IMG/VR virus record: IMGVR_UViG_3300030376_006732
Location: 1 to 24,347 of that record
Source: a virus
Lineage: Duplodnaviria; Caudoviricetes
Reading direction: 5' to 3' (one strand)
DNA length: 24,347 nt
This document shows positions 8,519-16,372 of the stretch, piece after piece. The translations under genes and the position numbers were made by a program. Within the stretch, counting starts at the first letter, position 1. Each line of letters begins with the position of its first letter. The notes below the pieces were generated by a model. That model was not told where the DNA came from and searched no databases. It worked only from the letters and a program-made list of their open reading frames with translations.

Positions 8519-8937
8519 TATCGATCTTCTTTTCAGTAATTTTAACATCTATAATTTCTCTATTTTTTGGATTTGGTTTAAGCAATATTATTGGTTTCTG
8601 GAATGCCTTTTCAATTGCGTTTGGCTCACAAGTAATTATTGCTTTAGTTTACAAATCATTTCGTATTGACGCAGATAAAAAGGATAATGCAGCAGTAGAA
8701 GAGCAGTTTAATGAAATATTGTCTCTATGCAGTACAAGTTTTGAATGTCCATGCACACGATATACATTTACTGAAGAATTGTTCATGAACGCAGATAATG
8801 TATTTAAATGCCCTACTTGTGGTAGTAATGTTAAGGTGAATATAAACGTATCACCAATCTTACAAACCGATGTCCTAGCTGATAATATTCAAACATCATT
8901 AGAGTCTGTTACTACTGAAGTAGAGACAACTGCATAA
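8515..8937 (+). CDS. Membrane protein with two N-terminal TM helices and a CxC...CxxC Zn-ribbon
   Basis: Hydrophobic residues about 1-46 in two stretches, then FECPC-x17-KCPTCG. Confidence 0.78.
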   Translation: MISIFFSVILTSIISLFFGFGLSNIIGFWNAFSIAFGSQVIIALVYKSFRIDADKKDNAAVEEQFNEILSLCSTSFECPCTRYTFTEELFMNADNVFKCPTCGSNVKVNINVSPILQTDVLADNIQTSLESVTTEVETTA

Positions 8938-8954
8938 AGGAACTCTCATATAAT
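8935..8954 (+). promoter_or_regulatory. TAAAGGAAC-N4-ATATAAT promoter motif
   Basis: 17/20 identical to 5777-5796; intergenic, upstream of the ATG at 8970. Confidence 0.65.
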
Positions 8955-8969
8955 TATAGTATAATAAAT

Positions 8970-9212
8970 ATGAAACAGTTTACATTTGAACTAAAAGATG
9001 GTACTACTAAGGTAATGGAATTTGATGAATTTGTCCGATGGGCTTGCTTAATTGAAGGAATTCAAAAGGTTGATGAAAAACTACAAGAAGCTAAAGTTCC
9101 TGATTCGGATAATACCTGGGTAAAGCCTCTAGCTTTTGATAAGTATATCAAAGAGCGCTTCCCGGCAATGAAACATGATCTAACTGTAGAAGCAACGTTA
9201 GGTAACATTTAA
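8970..9212 (+). CDS. Hypothetical protein (80 aa)
   Basis: Has its own promoter motif; its stop shares TTAA with the convergent gene. Confidence 0.78.
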   Translation: MKQFTFELKDGTTKVMEFDEFVRWACLIEGIQKVDEKLQEAKVPDSDNTWVKPLAFDKYIKERFPAMKHDLTVEATLGNI

Positions 9213-12200
9213 GTTACTGGTGGTGCAGAAGGTATTGGGGTAGAAGTAACAGTTGGTGTTGGTGTTATTGATGGTGTATTAGATGGTGTATGTGAAACAG
9301 ATAATGTTGGTGTCACTGATGGTGTTTTAGTTGGTGTAACTGATGTTGTTACTGACTGTGTTATTGATGGTGTAAGTGATGTTGTTACTGATGCTGTTAC
9401 TGACGGTGTAACTGCTGGTGGTGTAACTGATGGTGTTCTTGGTGGAGTATATGGGATTGTTGTTGTAGGTGTAACTGATGTTGTTACCGACGGTGTTTTA
9501 GTTGGTGAAAGTGTTACTGTTGGTGTCGGTGTAACTGATGGTGTAACTGACGGTGTAGGCGCGCTAGTTGTTTTAGTTGGGGTAACTGATGTTGTTACTG
9601 ACGGTGTTCTAGTTGGTGTAAGTGTTATCGTTGGTGTATTCGAAGGTGAAGGTGTTACTGATGGTGATGCGGTAACTGTAGGAGATACAGGTATTGATAT
9701 AGTTGGTGTAACTGATGGTGTAACCGAAGGAGATATGTAAATTTTGCACCCTAAATTATAATTCCAATCTGGTGAAAGTGGTGAATAAACTCTTACAATT
9801 GCATCTGTTATAGATTGATTAGTAGGGATTTCAACGGTACTGACTGAGCTTGTAAAGACATAAGGATTACCATCCGGCGCGATTGGTAAATTTAGTAGCT
9901 CTGGTATTGGCCCTCTATTTGCTAAGCTGTTAGTAAAGTCGGTTCTAAGGTTACCGCCATAATTATACGAAGCGCTACCTACATAAAATGTATCAACGAG
10001 TATAGTTGAATTTGACTCTACAATAAATCTCTCTGGCTTACCGCTAGGATCATAAGTAAATAATGCAAAATTATCCCGACCTGGAATCGGTTCTAATGTA
10101 TTAAAATTGACTATCTGTTCCGAAGGATATCCATTATCTTCACCACAACTAAACTCAATTTCAGTACCACAGTCAACCTTTCTATACGGGCACCCAACAA
10201 AAACCTCCCAATCACTACCTGATAATGGATCGTAAACTAGTGTAGTTATTCTACTACTATCTGTACCTTTATAGAAGGTTGATAAGTAGTAAGCATTAGT
10301 TGTTGGTATACCGTCGATTATTGTTGCGCTACTATCAACATATGGATAACCATCTGGCGCCACCGTTAAGTCTGGGAAAGCTGTAAGATTATTATTTAAA
10401 AATCCGTCAATAAATGTTTGTCTACTAGATCCCTCATAATCATAATTGCTAGTACCTACATAACCAGAGTCGAGAACATTTTCATTTTCATAATTTAAAA
10501 TAAATCGAATTGGTTTTGATATAGCGTTCCATGCAATATCAACAGTACCAATTGTAGCAGAAATACTATATAATATAGTTGATGGTAAATATCCACCATC
10601 GGCAGTTGATCGAAATCCGGATAACCCGCAAAATGTATCTGAAATTCCAATATTTGGTTCCATTCCTAAAAATGGTAATATACCTGGTTCTTCCTTTTCT
10701 GGGACAGGTTGTGGTGGATCTCCTAATGGGGTATCATCAACAGTAAATATAGATGTTGATAATGGGGTAAAGGTATTAGAAGTTGAAGACGGTGTTTGTG
10801 TTTTACCTTCGACATGGAAATTATCAATAATAACATTATATGAAGCATTAGTTCCAGTCAAATTTTTAACAAATGATACACCAGGCCTATATCTAGTCGA
10901 ATCTGTAAAGGTTAGTGAAACATTTTCCTCAAATATGTTGATGTAATCGTAATCTGCACTTTCCCTATAATCAACATAAATAGTTCTACCATAATTACCT
11001 AACCTCGCTCTTAGCGTTTTTGTACCGCTACTTTTTATGTTAAAAGCGGTAATAGCTTTAGTAATATCTAGATATGCATACTGAGATGCTTGATCACTTC
11101 TTAGAGATATACTATTTGGGATTCGATCACTAATACCGGTACCGGTACGAACAGTACCATCAACTAGAATAGATTGTGTTCCAAAAAGCCCATTAGTATC
11201 CATACCTATACCAATAACCCCACCTTGCAGACCTACAGATTCTAATATAGTTCCACCACCGTACTGTGTGCCTGAGTAACCTAAATTAATCCCACGACCT
11301 CCATAGTCTAGATCTACACTAGCGTCTTGCAAAAATAAACATAACCCGAAACTATCTACATCTGTTTGATTTTCTAATTCATAATTAAATGACCACGTTA
11401 TATCATACATAGGGGATAAACCTATTTCATGTATAGTTACTGATGGTGCCCCGCCGGCAATCTCTGTAGCAGGTGATGGGGAAGGAGTAACTGACGGTGT
11501 AATTGATGGTGATGGTGTTTGTGTAACTGATGATGTAACTGATGGTGTAGGCGCGTTAGTCGTTTTAGACGGTGTTACTGATGTTGTTACTGATGGTGTA
11601 ACTGACGGTGTTTGTGTAACTGACGGTGTTCGTGTAACTGACGGTGTTCGTGTAACTGATGATGTAACTGATGGTGTAGGCGCGTTAGTCGTTTTAGACG
11701 GTGTTACTGATGGTGTAACTGATGTCGTAACAGATGATGTTGGTGTAGCCGATGGTATAAAGTCTTTCGTGGGTGTCGGTGTAACTGATGGTGTAACTGA
11801 TCGTGTAACTGATGGTGTAACTGATGGGGTTTTAGACGGGGTTTTAGATGGTGAAAGTGTAACTGATGATGTAACTGATGGTGTAACTGATCGTGTAACT
11901 GATGGTGTAACAGATGGTGGTATAAAATCTTTCGACGGTGTCACAGTTACTGATGGTGTAACTGATGGTGTGTTAGATGATGTTGGTGTAACAGATGGTG
12001 TAACTGATGGTGTACCTGATGGTGTAACGGATGGTGTAACAGATGATGTTGATGTAACAGATGGTGTAACAGATGGTGTAGATGATGAAGAAGCATCCGG
12101 TGGTATAAAATCTTTCGATGGTGTAACGGATGGTGTGTTAGATGATGATGGTGTAACTGATGGTGTATTAGATGATGTTGGTGTAACAGATGGTGCAGGC

Positions 12201-13306
12201 GCGCCAGTAGATCTAGATGGTGTTACTGATGTTGTAACAGATGGTGTTCGTGTAACTGATGGTGTGTTAGATGGTGTTCGTGTAACTGATGGGGTAACTG
12301 AAGGAGTAGGTGGCAACGGTGGTATAAAATCTTTCGATGGTGTCACAGTTACTGATGTTGTAACTGATGGTGTCTGTGTAACCGAAGGGGTAACTGATGA
12401 AGTAACTGATGGCGTAACTGATGGCGTAACTGATGGTGAGACAGCTACAATTTCTTTACCGGTAAATTCTACGGTAGTTGTTACTCCATTTATATCTGTA
12501 CCAGTTATCTTGTATCCATAATCACCTGTTTCAGTTGGTGTATCTATATAAGTGCCATTAAAATTATCTGTCCTCTCATCAAGTAATGAATAGGCACCCC
12601 CGTCTTTTTTTCTAAAAAGCTCTAATTTAGCTACTCCAAAATTATCAGTTACATTGAAAGTGAGATTATAGCTTTGTCCAAGTATTACAGGACTAGCTGG
12701 TGTTACAGAAGGGCTGCCTAAGTCTGGACCAGTTACATCGCGTGACGGTGACGGGGTAATTGATGGTGACCGTGTAACTGATGGTGTCTGTGTAACCGAA
12801 GGGGTAACTGATGAAGTAACTGATGGAGTAACTGATGGAGTAACTGATGGTGAGACAGCTACAACTTGTTTACTACTAAATTCTTCTGTAGTTGTTACCC
12901 CATTTACATCTGTAGCAATTATCTTATATCCATAATCTCCTGTTTCAGTTGGCGTATCTGTATAAGTGCTATTAAAATTATTGGTCCTCTCGTCAAGTAA
13001 TGAATAAGTACCACTGTCCTTTTTTCTAAAAATTTCTAATTTACTTACCCCGAAACTATCTGTTACATTGAAGGTGAGATTATAACTTTCCCCTAACGTT
13101 ATTGGACTTGCCGGGGATACAGAAGGGCTGCCTAAGTCTGGACCAGTTACATCACGTGACGGTGACGGAGTAACTGATGGTGACGGTGTAACTGATGGTG
13201 ACTGTGTAACTGATGGTGTCTGTGTAACCGATGGTGTTTTAGATGGGGATGCCGGCGGTGGTGTTGGTGGTGGTGTGCTTGACGGTGTAACTGACGGTGA
13301 TGACAT
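9209..13306 (-). CDS. Large mucin-like S/T/P-repeat virion/adhesin protein: 2 Ig-like domains, L-type lectin-like domain, 2 repeated unknown domains
   Basis: 1365 aa with three (PSVT)n tracts. Duplicated beta-sandwich (YNLTFNVTD.FGV.KLE.F...YGYKI..TD.NG). Legume-lectin-like segment (DITWSF..GLCLFLQDA..GGRGINLGY..GVIGIGMDT..PNSISLR). TAAATA box upstream; no signal peptide seen. Confidence 0.85.
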   Translation of the reverse strand: MSSPSVTPSSTPPPTPPPASPSKTPSVTQTPSVTQSPSVTPSPSVTPSPSRDVTGPDLGSPSVSPASPITLGESYNLTFNVTDSFGVSKLEIFRKKDSGTYSLLDERTNNFNSTYTDTPTETGDYGYKIIATDVNGVTTTEEFSSKQVVAVSPSVTPSVTPSVTSSVTPSVTQTPSVTRSPSITPSPSRDVTGPDLGSPSVTPASPVILGQSYNLTFNVTDNFGVAKLELFRKKDGGAYSLLDERTDNFNGTYIDTPTETGDYGYKITGTDINGVTTTVEFTGKEIVAVSPSVTPSVTPSVTSSVTPSVTQTPSVTTSVTVTPSKDFIPPLPPTPSVTPSVTRTPSNTPSVTRTPSVTTSVTPSRSTGAPAPSVTPTSSNTPSVTPSSSNTPSVTPSKDFIPPDASSSSTPSVTPSVTSTSSVTPSVTPSGTPSVTPSVTPTSSNTPSVTPSVTVTPSKDFIPPSVTPSVTRSVTPSVTSSVTLSPSKTPSKTPSVTPSVTRSVTPSVTPTPTKDFIPSATPTSSVTTSVTPSVTPSKTTNAPTPSVTSSVTRTPSVTRTPSVTQTPSVTPSVTTSVTPSKTTNAPTPSVTSSVTQTPSPSITPSVTPSPSPATEIAGGAPSVTIHEIGLSPMYDITWSFNYELENQTDVDSFGLCLFLQDASVDLDYGGRGINLGYSGTQYGGGTILESVGLQGGVIGIGMDTNGLFGTQSILVDGTVRTGTGISDRIPNSISLRSDQASQYAYLDITKAITAFNIKSSGTKTLRARLGNYGRTIYVDYRESADYDYINIFEENVSLTFTDSTRYRPGVSFVKNLTGTNASYNVIIDNFHVEGKTQTPSSTSNTFTPLSTSIFTVDDTPLGDPPQPVPEKEEPGILPFLGMEPNIGISDTFCGLSGFRSTADGGYLPSTILYSISATIGTVDIAWNAISKPIRFILNYENENVLDSGYVGTSNYDYEGSSRQTFIDGFLNNNLTAFPDLTVAPDGYPYVDSSATIIDGIPTTNAYYLSTFYKGTDSSRITTLVYDPLSGSDWEVFVGCPYRKVDCGTEIEFSCGEDNGYPSEQIVNFNTLEPIPGRDNFALFTYDPSGKPERFIVESNSTILVDTFYVGSASYNYGGNLRTDFTNSLANRGPIPELLNLPIAPDGNPYVFTSSVSTVEIPTNQSITDAIVRVYSPLSPDWNYNLGCKIYISPSVTPSVTPTISIPVSPTVTASPSVTPSPSNTPTITLTPTRTPSVTTSVTPTKTTSAPTPSVTPSVTPTPTVTLSPTKTPSVTTSVTPTTTIPYTPPRTPSVTPPAVTPSVTASVTTSLTPSITQSVTTSVTPTKTPSVTPTLSVSHTPSNTPSITPTPTVTSTPIPSAPPVT
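9215..9730 (-). repeat. C-terminal coding minisatellite (degenerate 12-bp unit, PSVT)
   Basis: Degenerate GTAACTGATGGT units on the + strand. Confidence 0.85.
11470..12440 (-). repeat. Central coding minisatellite (12-bp GTAACTGATGGT, PSVT), about 320 aa
   Basis: Dozens of near-exact 12-mers. Includes an about 63-bp exact repeat (11521-11583 / 11650-11712) and four KDFIP inserts. Confidence 0.92.
12360..13187 (-). repeat. 414-bp tandem duplication (Ig-like domain + linker)
   Basis: Anchors GACCAGTTAC at 12727/13141 and TGAGACAGCT at 12437/12851, both offset by 414 bp (138 aa). Confidence 0.92.
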
Positions 13307-13315
13307 TTATAAATA

Positions 13316-13531
13316 TTATTTAAGCTGATGTACGAAGACTAGTGTGAAAGACTTTCCATCTTTTATTGACGTTTTATGAACGAGTTTATAGCCGAGCTTC
13401 CGAAATTCTCTAAAAACTATAGCAAAATATTCAGCTTGTATGTTAACGATAAGGCTACCTCTCTGCCTATCTTCTAATAAGAAATCAGTAAATTCTTCTG
13501 CTAGATAAAACGCACGTTCAGTAAGACCCAC
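13316..13531 (-). CDS. Hypothetical protein (71 aa)
   Basis: GTG start 5 nt after ATAAATA (13537-13543); in line with the module. Confidence 0.7.
   Translation of the reverse strand: MGLTERAFYLAEEFTDFLLEDRQRGSLIVNIQAEYFAIVFREFRKLGYKLVHKTSIKDGKSFTLVFVHQLK
13317..13323 (-). promoter_or_regulatory. T4-late-like promoter (TTAAATA)
   Basis: 10 nt before the ATG at 13306; overlaps the stop of the upstream gene. Confidence 0.5.
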
Positions 13532-13539
13532 ATCTATAT

Positions 13540-13704
13540 TTATTCAGTAGATAAAGCTTTAACGATTTGTTCAACCTTAGACGCTAATTTAGATAGCTCG
13601 GCAAACTCAATGTCACTACTTAGCGAGATATTAAAGGTAGTTATAATTTCTTTTAATAATAAAAAATCTTCCGGAGTAAGACCTTCAACAACTAATTCAT
13701 TCAT
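13540..13704 (-). CDS. Small hypothetical helical protein (54 aa), absent from the ORF track
   Basis: Translated by hand: MNELVVEGLTPEDFLLLKEIITTFNISLSSDIEFAELSKLASKVEQIVKALSTE*. Fills the gap, with AATAAATG just upstream. Confidence 0.72.
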   Translation of the reverse strand: MNELVVEGLTPEDFLLLKEIITTFNISLSSDIEFAELSKLASKVEQIVKALSTE

Positions 13705-13721
13705 ATATACATTTATTCAAC

Positions 13722-15326
13722 TTAAATAATATATCCAATCGCTTTAATAGTAACTACCTGATCTTTCCATGACTGGTGCTGAAATGCTCCGACTAGTTGC
13801 CCGTTCGGGTATCCAACTAAAGTACCAGTCGCGTTATTAGCGCTTAAGGGTAGTGTTACTTGGTTTGTTGATCTTTGATAACGGTTAGTTGGCCCATGGG
13901 TTGATGCTACCTGGTATGGTTTTGTAGCAAATAATTCTGAACTTTTTGCATAAACTAATGCTACGTTAGCATCATTGAAAGGATCATTATCCACTACAGT
14001 TGATTCTAGTATTATAGCAGAAGCTTTTTTAGGTATGGTTTCGCCAGCGTATGAAGAAGCTGAGCCGTTCCATGCCGATAATGCTGGTGAAGCGTAAAAA
14101 GTAAACGATCTGGTTTCACCTGACTGTGTTACATCAGTCCCAGTATAATTATATATTTGCCTTGGTTCATCAAACCAGTAAGTTGAGCTTGTCGCATCTC
14201 CTCCACCCCCTGCATTTGTATTTTTAAAAGCTGTTGTTCTAGTATCGATTCCAATAGATATATTACCTGTAAGAGGGCTCACACTTGTCCCAGTTTCATC
14301 TGCCCCATTTATAACTGTAGATAAACCATCTTGTATAGTAAGAGTAGATTCAACTAAAGCATCTGGAATAGCTTTGATAATAAATAAAGAAGCCTGCGCG
14401 CTAAGTGCAAAGCCAGAGTTAGTAGCAGCACCGCATAGACTATACACTGTAGATGTTGCTGGGTCGTCTTCTACTCCATAAAATGTTGAATTTAAAAAAT
14501 TAGGTAGTTTAAACGTCACACCAGTAGAAGCAGTGCCATACGTTTCACCTAATACCGCAGATAATTGCGGGTAATCTACCCCATTAACAGTTTGTCCCTT
14601 ACATTGTAGCCAACCAGGAGGCGCGCTCGATGCCGATACATACGGCATAATAGTTCCAACTGGAATCGGGCCAGCAGTACTATTAAAAAAGTAAGTAGTG
14701 TTTGTTGTTGGCGGTACCCATCTCAAGTTACCGTTAACATCAGTCTGTAGAAAGGTATTGTTACTAAGACCATCACCAGGAAAATCATACTCCACGTCAT
14801 TAATCTCAAGCTTTTGCGGTAAATTTAAATAATTAACCGAATTAGGTCTAACACTATTTGTTTTAATTCGTGAACTACTAAGCGCTATAGCGCCAGTACC
14901 ATCTAATTCTATAGAATTACCTACCGCTCTATAATCGATTTTACCTGCAGATAATGTAAAGCTAGCAGATATAGTACCAGTCGTACTGTCAATGACAATA
15001 GAGTCGTTCATTGCAGTTAACACTGTACCAGCAGCTTGATACGATGCATCGGTTTTAATATATAATGTTTTTTCGGTCGTATTTACAACATAATCACCTG
15101 GTTCAACATCACTTATAGTTGTATGATCTGCAGCTGCTCCTCTATACTTATTACCTACTAATATACCTCCTGCTGTAGATGCATCACCAACAAATAAACG
15201 TTTATCATCGGTTGTATATCCTAGCTCGCCCTCTGATAGAACTATTTGCTGCCTATCAAGATTACTACCTCTCCTTACGAGGAGTTTAAGCAAAGTGTTT
15301 TCTAAAATTTCTATCTTTTTAGCCAT
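13722..15326 (-). CDS. Tail fibre protein with Mtd_N-like N-terminus and internal phage tail-collar domain
   Basis: LLVRRG...LSEGELGYTTDDKRLFVGD..TAGG at the N-terminus. PIPVGTIMPY...PPGWLQCKGQ...YPQLSAVLGETYG...TFKLPNF...LFIIKA is the collar. Confidence 0.85.
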   Translation of the reverse strand: MAKKIEILENTLLKLLVRRGSNLDRQQIVLSEGELGYTTDDKRLFVGDASTAGGILVGNKYRGAAADHTTISDVEPGDYVVNTTEKTLYIKTDASYQAAGTVLTAMNDSIVIDSTTGTISASFTLSAGKIDYRAVGNSIELDGTGAIALSSSRIKTNSVRPNSVNYLNLPQKLEINDVEYDFPGDGLSNNTFLQTDVNGNLRWVPPTTNTTYFFNSTAGPIPVGTIMPYVSASSAPPGWLQCKGQTVNGVDYPQLSAVLGETYGTASTGVTFKLPNFLNSTFYGVEDDPATSTVYSLCGAATNSGFALSAQASLFIIKAIPDALVESTLTIQDGLSTVINGADETGTSVSPLTGNISIGIDTRTTAFKNTNAGGGGDATSSTYWFDEPRQIYNYTGTDVTQSGETRSFTFYASPALSAWNGSASSYAGETIPKKASAIILESTVVDNDPFNDANVALVYAKSSELFATKPYQVASTHGPTNRYQRSTNQVTLPLSANNATGTLVGYPNGQLVGAFQHQSWKDQVVTIKAIGYII

Positions 15327-15329
15327 AAT

Positions 15330-16361
15330 TTAGTATCTAAAAATTGGTATTGCGAATCTATCAAGTGTTTGTGGGCTTCCGGTAGGACTTACACCTTGTG
15401 GTAAAGTCATAAACCCAGCAGATGATAAAACTATAGTCTCTACAACTGAGCGATCATAATTTCCGGAAATGCAATTTACATCTGTTTGTCTTACAGTAAC
15501 GTTACGAATATTATCCTTATTACCATACCCGTTAAATGCATTGGTATCGCCGCCGTTAGCGGTAAGTGCATCGAAAATAGATGATGAAAGTGTAGTTACT
15601 AGTCCATTAGCATCACGACTTACAGATGCTAGAGGAGACCCGGTGGCTATAAATTTTTCTTTTAGTGCTAGTTTATTTGCAGCTAATGTGAAATCATCTG
15701 TATCAATTGTATTTGTTAATGCAGCATGTGGAACTGCTGATAACTCTAATTTGCCAGAGGTGTATGTAAAGTTCTCTGTCGCTTCTATACTTATAATATC
15801 ACCATTACCACCACTTATACCGTTCGCAAAAGATGCTCTACTAATTTCATCTACACCTATATTAATTACTGATAATAAATTAGTAGCAGTTATACCAATA
15901 GTTGTATCATCTATATTTGCTGAAAGACCTTCTACATTATTAAATGCTAAGCCGCCTTGACTATAAATAACATCTGCTTTTAAACTTGATGCAGCTATAG
16001 AGTTTGTTTGAAAACGTAATTTATTTTCAGCATCAAATGAAAATGTATCAGGATCTACTCTTGTTCCAATATATGACCAACTTTTTGCAGAAGCATAATC
16101 AGCGGCAGATAATTGATATAGAAAATTATTATCATATACTAAATCTCCAATAGTTGCGTTAGATAGTAGTGTTCTAGATCCTACGGTTATCGGAGGATGC
16201 GCTATATTACCTATGATATTACCACCTGGAGTAGCCCCATCACCAACGAAAACTCTTTTTGTATCTGTAGTATATCCTAATTCACCCTGTTCAAGTGTAA
16301 CAACTTGCCGTTGACTATCTGTACCTCTTCGAATTTTAAGTTTTACGATTTCAATATCCAT
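15330..16361 (-). CDS. Tail fibre-like protein with Mtd_N-like N-terminus
   Basis: KLKIRRGT...LEQGELGYTTDTKRVFVGDGATPGG, followed by shaft-type beta repeats (VDPDTFSFD, IDDTTIGI, IDTDDFTL). Confidence 0.82.
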   Translation of the reverse strand: MDIEIVKLKIRRGTDSQRQVVTLEQGELGYTTDTKRVFVGDGATPGGNIIGNIAHPPITVGSRTLLSNATIGDLVYDNNFLYQLSAADYASAKSWSYIGTRVDPDTFSFDAENKLRFQTNSIAASSLKADVIYSQGGLAFNNVEGLSANIDDTTIGITATNLLSVINIGVDEISRASFANGISGGNGDIISIEATENFTYTSGKLELSAVPHAALTNTIDTDDFTLAANKLALKEKFIATGSPLASVSRDANGLVTTLSSSIFDALTANGGDTNAFNGYGNKDNIRNVTVRQTDVNCISGNYDRSVVETIVLSSAGFMTLPQGVSPTGSPQTLDRFAIPIFRY

Positions 16362-16372
16362 TATCTATAAAG

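Noticed and set aside
11470-12440. Repeat array as CRISPR
   Set aside because: 12-bp in-frame tandem units inside a CDS, no unique spacers, no cas genes.
11769-12521. 250-aa + strand ORF of VTDG repeats
   Set aside because: Antisense shadow of the PSVT minisatellite; the 12-bp unit has no stop in that frame, and there is no promoter or start context.
13308-13315. Perfect TATAAATA on the + strand
   Set aside because: Faces only a 4-codon ORF, antisense to the module, within an AT-only palindromic spacer; may be chance, though antisense RNA cannot be excluded.
13722-16361. Diversity-generating retroelement suggested by Mtd-like domains
   Set aside because: Only the N-terminal anchor is Mtd-like; no reverse transcriptase or adenine-variant TR/VR pair is seen in the window.
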